DNA of 64,000 nt from Anaerohalosphaeraceae bacterium (GTDB lineage: Bacteria > Planctomycetota > Phycisphaerae > Sedimentisphaerales > Anaerohalosphaeraceae): positions 96,001 to 160,000 of the forward strand of contig JBNRMN010000034.1 of NCBI GenBank assembly GCA_050309605.1, written 5' to 3'. Within the stretch, counting starts at the first letter, position 1, and each line of letters opens with the position of its first letter. The notes under the pieces are model-generated. The model made no database searches. It had not been told where the DNA came from and was given only the letters and a program-made list of their open reading frames with translations. A program made the translations under genes and the position numbers. Shown here piece by piece: positions 30,660-39,959 of the stretch.

Positions 30660-31019
30660 TTAAAACGTAATGATCTTATCTGCTTGGATAACCCACTGTG
30701 CCAAATCGGACATTGTGGCTTCTTCGGCGTCTTGGTAATAAGGTTCTCCCTTATGGATGCCGCAACGAGCTTTGCAGGTTCCGCAGACCTTAACCCGTAC
30801 TCCCTGAGCGATCAAGTCCTTTAACATCTGAACCAGGTCAAAATAGTCTCCAGGGGGCTTTGTCGTCTCGCGCGCCAAATCCACCGAATCATTCATCAAA
30901 AATATTTGAACACGGCTATTGGTCTTAATCAAATGCTCAGCAAGGCGAAGTCCGTTCCATGTCACATCGGTGCCGTCATAAGGAGTTCTGTTAAATACAA
31001 GAAGGATGTTTTTTGCCAT
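30660..31019 (-). CDS. DsrE/YchN-family sulfur-transfer-like protein
   Basis: PYDGTDVTWNGLRLA, IFLMNDSV, VKVCGTCKARCG, ADKIITF. Confidence 0.85.
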   Translation of the reverse strand: MAKNILLVFNRTPYDGTDVTWNGLRLAEHLIKTNSRVQIFLMNDSVDLARETTKPPGDYFDLVQMLKDLIAQGVRVKVCGTCKARCGIHKGEPYYQDAEEATMSDLAQWVIQADKIITF

Positions 31020-31389
31020 GGGATTTACCTTTTTTGTTTTCCGGTTCAAAAAATTTGTCACGCCACCACAAAAAATGACCCCAGGCGTTATCCAGCTTAT
31101 ATCTTTCATTTTCTTCAAATCCGGACCACGATGCAATTTCTTGGGTCAGTTGTTCGCACGGCGTGCCGAATGCCAGCAATTCATACGCACACTTAATCAG
31201 CACAAATCGTTTGTTGGCCTCCGGCGTATTACCGTTATGATCCGGATGATAACGACTGGCCGCCTTTCGATAGGCCTTTTTCAGTTCTTCGAGACCGGCC
31301 CACTCTTTGACCTCAAGCAGTTTTGATGCGACATTGCGCGCTTCGCAATCCTGCGTTATTTTGATCATAAAATCAGGGTCATGCTTCAT
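30991..31389 (-). CDS. small J-domain (DnaJ-like) protein
   Basis: ELKKAYRKAASRYHPDHN...ANKRFVLIKCAYELL (HPD motif). Confidence 0.85.
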   Translation of the reverse strand: MKHDPDFMIKITQDCEARNVASKLLEVKEWAGLEELKKAYRKAASRYHPDHNGNTPEANKRFVLIKCAYELLAFGTPCEQLTQEIASWSGFEENERYKLDNAWGHFLWWRDKFFEPENKKGKSHGKKHPSCI

Positions 31390-31429
31390 CGTTAATCATC
31401 CCTTTGTGTCATAAAATGGCTCAAAAGGT

Positions 31430-32317
31430 TTATACTGTTTGGCGGCTTGTTTTGTTTTTAGAATGAGTTGACAAAACGGCCATTGAATCGAAGAGATGAA
31501 TAAATTTTTTCCGATAGTCTGTCATTACGTTGACCATCATGTCGCCGCGCGAGTAGGCCTCGGCAATCCGACGGTCATTGGGGATTTCCAGCAGCACGGC
31601 AATACTTTCATTTCGACAGTATTTTACAATGCTGTCATCGCCGATATCGCAGCGATTGATCGCAACGGCGAATGGAATGCTCAACTGCCGTGCCATTCCG
31701 ACGGCCAGTTCAAGATCATTAAGGCCAAACGGCGTCGGCTCGGTGACCAGCAGGACAAAATCGCAGTCTTTGACCGCTTCAATCACAGGACATGATGTGC
31801 CGGGCGGCGCATCGAGAAGGACAATTCCGCGATCGCGTATGCCCTTTTTCAGATGCCGAATGACCGCCGGGCTTTGGATGGCGCCAATGTCCAATACACC
31901 CTGCCCGACTGCGATGCCATCGGATACGCCGTATTGCACAACACCAATCTTGCGCGGCACTTCCCGGATCGCCCCCGTCGGGCAGACCGCTATGCAGCCG
32001 CCGCAGGAATGACACAACTGCTCAAACACCATCGCCGCACCTTTGACGGCCACAATCGCGCTGTACTGACATAACTGTCCGCATTTGCCGCAGCCGTTGC
32101 ATGTGTCCAAATCCACCTGCGGCACACCGACCGTGACGTCTTCGGTGCTGTCCCAGTGGGGCTTGAGAAAAATGTGCCCGTTCGGCTCCTCGACATCACA
32201 GTCCAGATACTGCACCGCGCGCCCGTCGTGCGCCAGTGCCACGGCCAGATTGGTCGAAAGCGTCGTCTTGCCCGTGCCGCCTTTTCCACTTGCAATGGCT
32301 ATTTTCATTGTTGCCAT
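31430..32317 (-). CDS. MinD-like P-loop ATPase with inserted 2x[4Fe-4S] ferredoxin domain
   Basis: [50 protein letters not shown]. Confidence 0.92.
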   Translation of the reverse strand: MATMKIAIASGKGGTGKTTLSTNLAVALAHDGRAVQYLDCDVEEPNGHIFLKPHWDSTEDVTVGVPQVDLDTCNGCGKCGQLCQYSAIVAVKGAAMVFEQLCHSCGGCIAVCPTGAIREVPRKIGVVQYGVSDGIAVGQGVLDIGAIQSPAVIRHLKKGIRDRGIVLLDAPPGTSCPVIEAVKDCDFVLLVTEPTPFGLNDLELAVGMARQLSIPFAVAINRCDIGDDSIVKYCRNESIAVLLEIPNDRRIAEAYSRGDMMVNVMTDYRKKFIHLFDSMAVLSTHSKNKTSRQTV

Positions 32318-32352
32318 AAATTACACAGTGCTGCTGAATCAGTTTGAGCCAA

Positions 32353-32691
32353 TTATTTGCTTTCGATTTCTTGAATCCGTTGATTGACCTGATTGAGGCT
32401 GTTTTGCAGGAATTCGGCCTGCTGCTTCAATACGTCAATTTCGGACGCGGCGGGGGCTGTCGGGCCGACGGCTGCGCCGAACCCATAACCACCTCTGGCC
32501 CGGCCGGGAAGACCGGTGGCATAATACCAATGCCGCCAGCCTCGTCCGCCGCCGCGACCGCGGCCTCCACCCCAAAATCCGCCGCCTACCGGGTTCATAT
32601 ATCCCGGAACGCCGTAACCTGCACAAAAACCGGCCGCTCGGCCTGTCATCGGGCCCAATCCTGCAGGGCCTGTTCTGTCTCCACCTGGCAT
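32353..32691 (-). CDS. DUF5320-family Gly/Arg-rich protein
   Basis: MPGGDRTGPAGLGPMTGRAAGFC, RGG-rich middle, C-terminal coiled coil. Confidence 0.85.
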   Translation of the reverse strand: MPGGDRTGPAGLGPMTGRAAGFCAGYGVPGYMNPVGGGFWGGGRGRGGGRGWRHWYYATGLPGRARGGYGFGAAVGPTAPAASEIDVLKQQAEFLQNSLNQVNQRIQEIESK

Positions 32692-32739
32692 AATCGTGTC
32701 CTTTCAAAAAAAAGTTAAGCTCATGTCATTTGTGTTCTG

Positions 32740-33627
32740 TTAAATCCCGGCATTTTCTTTATCCTCTGTCAAAACAGTTGTTTTCTGAAAAATCATCCGG
32801 CCGATCTCGCAGCCGATGTGTTCGGCGATCACCGGACATTTGACCTTCAATAAAAAATAGAGCGGTCTGTACGTCTCGCTTAAGGTTTCGTAGTTGCCTT
32901 GGCCTTTGGCAATGATCAGATCGGCGTTTTCAAATATATATCGAAATGATTCCGAACAGCAGCCCAGCAGCGTCCCCGGAGTGTCCGAGCCGTTATCAAT
33001 AACTTCAACCAAAGATGTCAAACCGACAGCCTCGGCGTCCGCCATGGTTGCGTCATTGATGACCGGCGACCCTTTCACTGCAACGGTGACTTTTTCAAGC
33101 GGCAGTTGTTCAATCAACAGCCGGTCAAAGACGATTTCACCGGCATTGTCGGCCAAAAACAAAATACGCCCGGCCGACTGAATTGCCTCCCTGAATTCCT
33201 CGATCGCGGTCGTATCAAAATCATCCTCAAGACATCCCTCAATCGTCTTGTCCAGATCGCTTTGGCGGACGCTGCCGAACACGCCTAAATCAATGATATT
33301 GCCTGCAATCGCCAGACGAACAGCCGTCTCAAGCGGATTGTCGGCACGATTGACCCGCTTGCGCAATTCAGGATACATCGCCAGGGCGATGCCGTTAAAT
33401 CTCTCTTTAATCTGACGATACGGGTCCGGGTTGCCGGACAGATTCCGCACCCACCGGTGAATTTGCCCTCCGATAGCCGGCGGGCTTTGGTTCATATCCA
33501 TATCGCTTGCAAAACGTAATACCCGCCTGACGACCTGTTTATGCACGTCAGGATCATCACTGGCCCGGCGAACCGCCTCCAGCGATTGTCGAATAAAACA
33601 CGGCATACAGTCAATGTACGTTCGCAT
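32740..33627 (-). CDS. DUF89/ARMT1-like damage-control phosphatase
   Basis: CMPC, AIAGNIID, LADNAGEIVFD, INDAT, IAKGQGNYE. Confidence 0.9.
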   Translation of the reverse strand: MRTYIDCMPCFIRQSLEAVRRASDDPDVHKQVVRRVLRFASDMDMNQSPPAIGGQIHRWVRNLSGNPDPYRQIKERFNGIALAMYPELRKRVNRADNPLETAVRLAIAGNIIDLGVFGSVRQSDLDKTIEGCLEDDFDTTAIEEFREAIQSAGRILFLADNAGEIVFDRLLIEQLPLEKVTVAVKGSPVINDATMADAEAVGLTSLVEVIDNGSDTPGTLLGCCSESFRYIFENADLIIAKGQGNYETLSETYRPLYFLLKVKCPVIAEHIGCEIGRMIFQKTTVLTEDKENAGI

Positions 33628-33644
33628 GGTTATTCTCGTAAATG

Positions 33645-34013
33645 TTACCAATGCCCTTCGACGTTCGCGGCGCTGACCTGTTTCAATTCACCCTTTTTGA
33701 AAAGCTCCACAGCATCCTGTACCGAGTGCTGATCGGCCAGATAGATTTGTATCCCGGCCGCGTTGAGGGTTTTGAAGGCGTTTGGGCCGACATTTCCGGT
33801 AATGACTGCCTCAACGCCTAAGTCCGCCATATTTCGGGCTGTCTGGATGCCGGCGCCTTGTGCGGCATTGAGATTAACCGTGTTGTCATGGGCGGTGCAG
33901 TCGCCGGTGTCCGTATTGACCACAATGATATAACCTGCTCTGCCGAATCGCGGATCGACCGCATCCGTGGGCTTGTCGCCTTGCGCTGTAATTGCCAGTT
34001 TCATTTTTGTCAT
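33645..34013 (-). CDS. NifB/NifX-family cluster-binding protein (Orange-protein-like)
   Basis: VDPRFGRA, AQGAGIQ, VITGNVGPNA, ANVEGHW. Confidence 0.9.
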   Translation of the reverse strand: MTKMKLAITAQGDKPTDAVDPRFGRAGYIIVVNTDTGDCTAHDNTVNLNAAQGAGIQTARNMADLGVEAVITGNVGPNAFKTLNAAGIQIYLADQHSVQDAVELFKKGELKQVSAANVEGHW

Positions 34014-34441
34014 CCTTTGCTGTCATTAACCTGCGTTTGTTCGATTGCTTGCTGCCATCGCCGTCCGTGTCGGCCGCGTTGCCTGACCGAACAGCCGCGA
34101 CGCCTGCCGCCGCAGCCCGGCAAAACAAATTGCGGCTGATGCAGCGATCCGGCCAGATACGCCGCCACAATCTGCTCGGTCGGGCCGGTCACAAACGGCA
34201 CAATCCGAATACCCGAACCGTTCAGCCACGCCGCTGACGTCCTGGAAATCGCTCCGCAGATCAGGACTTCAACGCCAATCTGCAACAGAAACGCCGCTTT
34301 TTCAATGCCCGACCGGCCATCCAAGTCGATGGAACGGCGAGCGATCTCCTTGCCTTGTTTCGACTCAACCAGAAGAATAGCGCCGGCAAAGTCGAAGACA
34401 TTCGAAACCTGATTTTGCCATATCGCGATTGCGATCTTCAT
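34010..34441 (-). CDS. NifB/NifX-family protein with Gly/Arg tail
   Basis: MKIAIAIWQNQVSNVFDFA, VLICGAIS, PGCGGRRRG tail; ATG at 34441. Confidence 0.85.
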   Translation of the reverse strand: MKIAIAIWQNQVSNVFDFAGAILLVESKQGKEIARRSIDLDGRSGIEKAAFLLQIGVEVLICGAISRTSAAWLNGSGIRIVPFVTGPTEQIVAAYLAGSLHQPQFVLPGCGGRRRGCSVRQRGRHGRRWQQAIEQTQVNDSKG

Positions 34442-34454
34442 AGTGAAGGAAAAA

Positions 34455-34469
34455 GCAAGGGGTGTGCCA
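34455..34469 (-). promoter_or_regulatory. sigma54 (-24/-12) promoter of the ORP-like operon
   Basis: TGGCACACCCCTTGC, a consensus TGGCAC-N5-TTGC. Confidence 0.88.
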
Positions 34470-34558
34470 GACGCTATTGCTCTCAACTGGTTTTATCTAA
34501 CTTCTTATAAAAAAAGGAATTAAAGAAGCCTGAAGAAAATGGGAACGAGGAAGATAGC

Positions 34559-34604
34559 TTGCGTTATGCAATGAATGGGTTTTCCTGGTCATTGCAAAAT
34601 ACAA
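34559..34604. promoter_or_regulatory. paired upstream activator sites for the OrpR-like regulator
   Basis: TTGCGTTATGCAA (34559-34571) and TTGCAAAATACAA (34592-34604); same palindrome as 35966-35978. Confidence 0.7.
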
Positions 34605-34614
34605 GGGAAGCTGG

Positions 34615-35943
34615 CTAAGCGGACTCCATTTCCACATCGAGTTTTTTGAGTTTGCGGAACAGGGTACTGGGGTCGATGCCCAGCGCCCGGGCGGCGGCGG
34701 TGCGGTTGCCGTTGTGCTGTCGCAGAGACTGGACAATCATCATCTTTTCCATCTGTTCCAGTGTCTGAATGCCTTGGTTGCCGGCTGCGGCATGTGAGGA
34801 AGGGTTCAAAAACGGCGGCAGATGGGCCGCCTCGATGATATCACCCGAACACAGAACAAAACAATGCTCAATGATATTTTCCAGTTCGCGGATATTGCCG
34901 GCAAAGTCATACGCCAGCAGGGCCGCCATCGCCTCGCTGCTGAACCCGCAGATGTTTTTATTGTAGCGTGCGTTGAATTGGCCGATAAAATGCTCGGCCA
35001 ACAGCGGAATGTCTTCGCGGCGTTCCTTCAGCGGCGGCAGGGAAAGCTTGACTACATTGATGCGATAGTACAGATCGCTTCGAAATGTACCCTGCTTGAC
35101 CTGCTCATCCAGGTTCTTATTCGTGGCGGTAATGATGCGTACATCGGCTTTTTCGGTTGCAATGCCGCCGACCGGCTCATAGGTCTTTTCCTGAAGGACG
35201 CGAAGCAATTTGACCTGCACCGCCGGCGAAACGTCGCCGATCTCGTCGAGAAACAGTACCCCCCCCTCGGCCAGCTTGAATCGCCCCGGCTTATCCTTTT
35301 TGGCGTCGGTAAACGCCCCGGCCTTGTAGCCGAACAGCTCCGACTCCAGCAGCGTATCCGGCAGCGCACCGCAGTTGACCGCAATAAACGGCTTATCCCT
35401 GCGACCGCTCAGACTGTGAATCGCGCGAGCAAAAAGCTCTTTACCCGTTCCCGTTTGTCCCTCGATTAATACCGAACAGTCGCTTTGGGCAATCTGCGGC
35501 AGGACATGGAACAGCTCCTGAATCCGGTGATTCCGACTGACAATGTCCTCAAAGGTATATTGTTTCCGGAGCTGTTTTTGAAGTTGTTCAACCAACGTCA
35601 TATCGCGGAATGTCTCAACGCCTCCGATGACATGGCCGTTTTTATCTTTCAGCAGGGCCGTGGAGATGCTGACGGCCTTTTGTCGGCCTTCGACATCGAT
35701 GATATGCACCGGCCTGTTCAAGACGGGACGACCGGTATCCATTGTTTCGCGTAACGCACACCCTGACTCACAGACGTCGGCCCGCAACACCTCCCGGCAA
35801 GGCCGACCAATGGCCTGCTCACGAGAAATCCCCGTGATTTTCTCCGCGGCAAGGTTAAAATAAGTCACCTTCCAACCAGCATCTACGGTAAACACGCCTT
35901 CCGTAATCGAATCCAACACGATATCTTTTACAACCTTGTCCAT
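34615..35943 (-). CDS. sigma54-dependent PAS-AAA+-Fis activator (OrpR-like)
   Basis: PAS with C-x8-C-x3-C ([14 protein letters not shown]), [27 protein letters not shown], Fis HTH. Confidence 0.92.
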   Translation of the reverse strand: MDKVVKDIVLDSITEGVFTVDAGWKVTYFNLAAEKITGISREQAIGRPCREVLRADVCESGCALRETMDTGRPVLNRPVHIIDVEGRQKAVSISTALLKDKNGHVIGGVETFRDMTLVEQLQKQLRKQYTFEDIVSRNHRIQELFHVLPQIAQSDCSVLIEGQTGTGKELFARAIHSLSGRRDKPFIAVNCGALPDTLLESELFGYKAGAFTDAKKDKPGRFKLAEGGVLFLDEIGDVSPAVQVKLLRVLQEKTYEPVGGIATEKADVRIITATNKNLDEQVKQGTFRSDLYYRINVVKLSLPPLKERREDIPLLAEHFIGQFNARYNKNICGFSSEAMAALLAYDFAGNIRELENIIEHCFVLCSGDIIEAAHLPPFLNPSSHAAAGNQGIQTLEQMEKMMIVQSLRQHNGNRTAAARALGIDPSTLFRKLKKLDVEMESA

Positions 35944-35945
35944 AA

Positions 35946-35978
35946 ATGCATAATACATGAAACTATTGCAAAATGCAA
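35946..35978 (-). promoter_or_regulatory. sigma70-type promoter of the OrpR-like gene overlapped by an operator palindrome
   Basis: Minus strand TTGCAT-N17-TATTAT-6nt-ATG; TTGCAAAATGCAA palindrome covers the -35. Confidence 0.65.
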
Positions 35979-36038
35979 CAGCCTTTTGGGCCAGTGCGGA
36001 CGCAAAGGCCTTTCACCCATCATGCAACCTCAAGCCGG

Positions 36039-37193
36039 CTAATCTTTATACAAGCATAGCTCGTTGAAAATCCTCTCTGCGGTCGGAAATGAGACTGAGG
36101 CGTTGTACCACAGGCCGGGGCGGTTTTTACGATAGACAAACCAGCCAATAGTCGCCACGTGTTCTTGTCGGTTCAGTGCATAAGGATAGTATTCCGGTAC
36201 TCCGGCAGTGTTCAATTCAGCCTGCTTGAGAATCCCTTCCAGCTCGGCCGGATCGTTTTCCGCAAATTTGCCCAGCAGGCGCACGCCGTCGATGTCGATA
36301 AACCAACAGTGATAATACTGCACTTTCTTTTTTTCGCCTTCAGGTAAGCACTTTTCGCCGCGGCCGATGTGGATAATCCGCACATTCGTCAGCCGTCTCG
36401 TCCAGTCAAAATCGGGATGCAAAAGCGCATTCAATCGGGCGGTCTGTTTCTTTCGACGTTGGGCGGTCTCAAAGTCCAGCACCGCGGCGGCTTGTTTCAT
36501 TTGTCGGCGACGACTATCGATGGCCTCGGTGAGGTTTCCGTCGGCGGCCCAAACGGCCTGATCAACGTGTTGAGCATACGCCGCGCGCCCGTGTCCACGG
36601 CAGCACAGTCCGTGACAGGTCCGCATCTGCCGATAGGGACAGCTTTCGGGGTTGTCGCTGTCCAGCAGGGCGGGGTTGCGGCACAGTTCAAAGGCAAAGT
36701 TCAGACTCTCACAAAACTGAGTCGCCGTTCGGCGATTGGCAAACGGGCCGAACACGTCAACCGACTCATCAGACTCGACAGCACCGGTTAAATAAAAATA
36801 GGGGAACGGTCGTGTCCTGTCTATTGCCGCAAAGACTCGCCGCGGCAGGGCGATCCACTTTTTCCACTGTGTGCCGAATACCGCATGAGTCAGCCGCTGA
36901 TATAAAAGATGGCGTTCGAAATCATTGGCACAGCAGACATAATACACCTGCCGTGTTACGGAGGCCATATCAGCCCTGCGATGCGGGGTGTCGTCGCCGC
37001 TGTCGGCCAAACGCGAGCGGCTCAGGGTCCTTAGATTGGCGGTCTGGATAAGCTGGATCGGCTGATTCAATGCATCGGCAAAGAGCAAAACACCCCTGCG
37101 GGCAGGCAGCTCCGCAAGGGTGTCAACGTCAGTGTGTTCAGCCGAAAGCGTTAAAGAACCCTCAAACAGCGATTCCCACGCCGCCGCATCCAT
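36039..37193 (-). CDS. UvrC N-terminal-like protein (degenerate GIY-YIG, Cys cluster, UVR domain)
   Basis: LPARRGVLLF, VFGPF, C...CPYRQMRTCHGLC, MKQAAAVLDFETAQRRK. Confidence 0.75.
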   Translation of the reverse strand: MDAAAWESLFEGSLTLSAEHTDVDTLAELPARRGVLLFADALNQPIQLIQTANLRTLSRSRLADSGDDTPHRRADMASVTRQVYYVCCANDFERHLLYQRLTHAVFGTQWKKWIALPRRVFAAIDRTRPFPYFYLTGAVESDESVDVFGPFANRRTATQFCESLNFAFELCRNPALLDSDNPESCPYRQMRTCHGLCCRGHGRAAYAQHVDQAVWAADGNLTEAIDSRRRQMKQAAAVLDFETAQRRKKQTARLNALLHPDFDWTRRLTNVRIIHIGRGEKCLPEGEKKKVQYYHCWFIDIDGVRLLGKFAENDPAELEGILKQAELNTAGVPEYYPYALNRQEHVATIGWFVYRKNRPGLWYNASVSFPTAERIFNELCLYKD

Positions 37194-37666
37194 CAGACCC
37201 TCATACCGCTTATGACCGTATCGAAAACCATTTTGTCATCAACAACGCCCTGAACTTTGGCGGAGAACTGGCGGCTGCGAACTTTATGAATGTGCCCCAA
37301 CAGATAAAGCCGATCGCCCGGCACGACCGTCTCACGAAATTTGGTTTCGTCAATGCCGGCAAATCCGATAAACCCATCCAGGCCGTAAATCCGCTTCATA
37401 AAAAAGCTGCACAACTGTGCGGCCGCTTCGACCATAATCACACCCGGCATAATCGGCCGGCCGGGAATATGACCGCGAATCCAGAATTCTTTATCCGTAA
37501 CATCCTTGTACCCCAGGCACAACATGCGGGGCAAGTCATACCACACAATCGCATCAAGCTGAGACATCTCATACGATTGCGGATTGACCTGTGCAATTGC
37601 CTGACGGTCAAATTCTACCTTATCCAAGTCCAGATCCAACAAATCAAACAATCGGGTCGGGGGCAT
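37193..37666 (-). CDS. fabZ: 3-hydroxyacyl-ACP dehydratase (FabA/FabZ family)
   Basis: EFWIRGHIPGRPIMPGVIMVEAAAQL, KFRETVVPGD. Confidence 0.85.
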   Translation of the reverse strand: MPPTRLFDLLDLDLDKVEFDRQAIAQVNPQSYEMSQLDAIVWYDLPRMLCLGYKDVTDKEFWIRGHIPGRPIMPGVIMVEAAAQLCSFFMKRIYGLDGFIGFAGIDETKFRETVVPGDRLYLLGHIHKVRSRQFSAKVQGVVDDKMVFDTVISGMRV

Positions 37667-37750
37667 GCAGTCCTCATTTCCACTCAGGTTGTGTTAGGTT
37701 GTGTTTTATGCAGTACGAAAGCCTAACGACAGGGAGTATCTCCGCAGTTA

Positions 37751-37924
37751 TTATTCGGTCGAGCGAATCTCAAGGATATTATTGCGAACATCCTGAGCCG
37801 CTTGTTTGATCAGTTGCATTTGTTTGCGGACACGGGTCCCGGCAGCCTTATTGCCGCCCTCGGCCTTTTGTATATCCGATTCAATCTCCGCAACGAGAGT
37901 CTTCAGTTTTTCGTAAGCTTGCAT
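37751..37924 (-). CDS. histone H1-like protein Hc1 family (57 aa)
   Basis: Manual translation MQAYEKLKTLVAEIESDIQKAEGGNKAAGTRVRKQMQLIKQAAQDVRNNILEIRSTE; GGGAGG RBS; below the ORF-track size cutoff. Confidence 0.85.
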   Translation of the reverse strand: MQAYEKLKTLVAEIESDIQKAEGGNKAAGTRVRKQMQLIKQAAQDVRNNILEIRSTE

Positions 37925-38045
37925 GAATCATACCTCCCAAGCAGTCATAAAATAGTATTGTTTTATAGTGAATTCCAATAACAAGTTGGCCTTTTTACCG
38001 GTTTGAGCGGCATTTTGCAACCTTTTTTTGACCTGCGGCCATATT

Positions 38046-38522
38046 TTACCCGAATAGTTTAGTGGCCAGCTCCGCGATGCGCTGCCCGCGTCGGGCACAT
38101 TGGCTCAGTACCCGGTCATCGGGCTTGCCGATGGACACCGGTCCGTAATGGTCGCCCTGCGGGTCGCCCTGGATAATCATCCCGTGGATCAACATTCGGT
38201 GAAGAATGCCGCAGACGGTTGTCTCATTGCCGCCGCCGATGTTGGCGGAACTGGAGAAGGCAGCACCGATTTTTCCGTCTAATTTGCCGTGCTTGCTGAC
38301 GGATTCGTCAAACATTGCTGCTATTGGAGCGGCAGCATGTCCATAATAAGTCGGCGAACCGACGACAATCGCGTCGGCGGCCAAAAGATCATCAACATTG
38401 ACTTCCGTTGCGCTTTTGCATTTGGTCGGAACACCGGCTTTACCCATTGCCTCGGCGATTGCCTTGGCCATGGTTTTGGTATTACCGCTGCGCGAGTAAT
38501 AGACTACCAAACCGTTGGCCAT
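38046..38522 (-). CDS. flavodoxin-like WrbA-family NAD(P)H oxidoreductase
   Basis: YYSRSGNT, GSPTYYG, GKIGAAF, GGGNE. Confidence 0.88.
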   Translation of the reverse strand: MANGLVVYYSRSGNTKTMAKAIAEAMGKAGVPTKCKSATEVNVDDLLAADAIVVGSPTYYGHAAAPIAAMFDESVSKHGKLDGKIGAAFSSSANIGGGNETTVCGILHRMLIHGMIIQGDPQGDHYGPVSIGKPDDRVLSQCARRGQRIAELATKLFG

Positions 38523-38524
38523 AA

Positions 38525-39358
38525 TCAGTCCTGTCCTTTCAATTGAGGTTCCCGCTTCAGTGGTTCTCTATTTTTACGGAAATGGGTCGGTGTTTCAATC
38601 GTAAAAGTCTGCTTTTCCATTTTTTTATTGATCTGGATAGTGGAAAAACGGATGTCATAAATGTCGTCCTGAGTCGAAAGGGCACGAACACGGCGTGGCA
38701 AGTAAAGACTATTGTCAATCCAAAAATCTATCTTTTTGTAGTCCTTGTGGTATCGCGAATCCTCGCGCACATCCAAAACCAGATGGATGAGATTGGGGTC
38801 ATCATCTTCGTCAGCCTCTGCAATCTGCACGTCAAACTCCGAATCAAACTGTTTGCTGCCTGAAAAGCCCACCAGCGGAAAACGATGGCTGATATAGTCA
38901 AGCGCATCAATGGGTTCATCTTCCGGAGCCTGCTGAACCATCTCAATTTGTTCAAGAGCAAAATCGATCTTCGTCAGCCAAACACCGTCAAATAAATAGA
39001 CCTCGCGACGCTTTTCTTCTTCAAAATCGTCCTGTTTGACCGTATGAAACTCGATTCGCACCCGCGAGCGGCCGTCGCTTTTCAGGTAGAACAGTTGGCC
39101 CTTGCGAAGGGTGTGGGAACCCAAAAAATCAGGATTTTCGATAAACAAATACTCGATTTGTGAGGTGCAGGACGTCAGCCCCAGGGCATTTTTTTGCAAT
39201 CGGCTGAGGATTTTCTCGAGCGGCGAAGCCGCAGACGGGTCAGCCGAGGCTTGTGCTTCATCTGCCGAAGCACAGCACGATGTATCCTGAGTTAGTGCGG
39301 TTTCCACAAGCCCCACCAGCAGGGCGGCAAAACAAACCCATATCAGTCGCATAACCAT
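38525..39358 (-). CDS. exported LolA-like protein
   Basis: Signal peptide; beta-rich body with YLFDGVWL and IDFWIDNSLYLPRRV typical of the LolA fold. Confidence 0.6.
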   Translation of the reverse strand: MVMRLIWVCFAALLVGLVETALTQDTSCCASADEAQASADPSAASPLEKILSRLQKNALGLTSCTSQIEYLFIENPDFLGSHTLRKGQLFYLKSDGRSRVRIEFHTVKQDDFEEEKRREVYLFDGVWLTKIDFALEQIEMVQQAPEDEPIDALDYISHRFPLVGFSGSKQFDSEFDVQIAEADEDDDPNLIHLVLDVREDSRYHKDYKKIDFWIDNSLYLPRRVRALSTQDDIYDIRFSTIQINKKMEKQTFTIETPTHFRKNREPLKREPQLKGQD

Positions 39359-39362
39359 CCTT

Positions 39363-39959
39363 TCAACGGTCCTGTTCCATTTGATCAATCAGCGGCAGCA
39401 CTTCGTCCAGCCGATGAATCACATAATCGGCCAAACATTCAAAGGTATCCGCTTGTGCGTGATTTTTCAACAAAATTGCCACGGCGCCGACATTTCGTGC
39501 CGCTTCGAGATCGTGTTTGAAATCACCGATAACCAGCGTTTGGTTTGGTGCTGCGACGAATCGTTGGCATAAAACCGCCACGCCGTATCCGTCGGGCTTG
39601 GCGGGGCCGTCTTCCCGACAGATCATCGCATCAAAACGCAAATTATGCTTTTGGGCAACATAAACCGCATTTTGGCGGGTATTGCGTGTCAAAACGCCCA
39701 CCGGGATTTGGCGCGCCCGCAAAAGGTTCAGCAGTTCGGCCGCCCCATCGTTGAGCGTTGAATGTTCCGCGGCGGCCTGTTCGTGAGCTGTCAAAATCGC
39801 CTCGGCCTTTTGCCGCTGAGTTTCCGGCATGGCCGAAATCGCCTCCAATACCCCGATACCTTCCGGCTGGATGCCGATCTCACGACGTATCACATCAAAA
39901 TCCAGAAACGGCTCGGTCAATGTTCCGTCCAAATCGAATATGACAGCTTGTATCTTCAT
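39363..39959 (-). CDS. HAD-family hydrolase
   Basis: FDLDGTL, LTRN, AKPD, IGDFKHD. Confidence 0.92.
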   Translation of the reverse strand: MKIQAVIFDLDGTLTEPFLDFDVIRREIGIQPEGIGVLEAISAMPETQRQKAEAILTAHEQAAAEHSTLNDGAAELLNLLRARQIPVGVLTRNTRQNAVYVAQKHNLRFDAMICREDGPAKPDGYGVAVLCQRFVAAPNQTLVIGDFKHDLEAARNVGAVAILLKNHAQADTFECLADYVIHRLDEVLPLIDQMEQDR

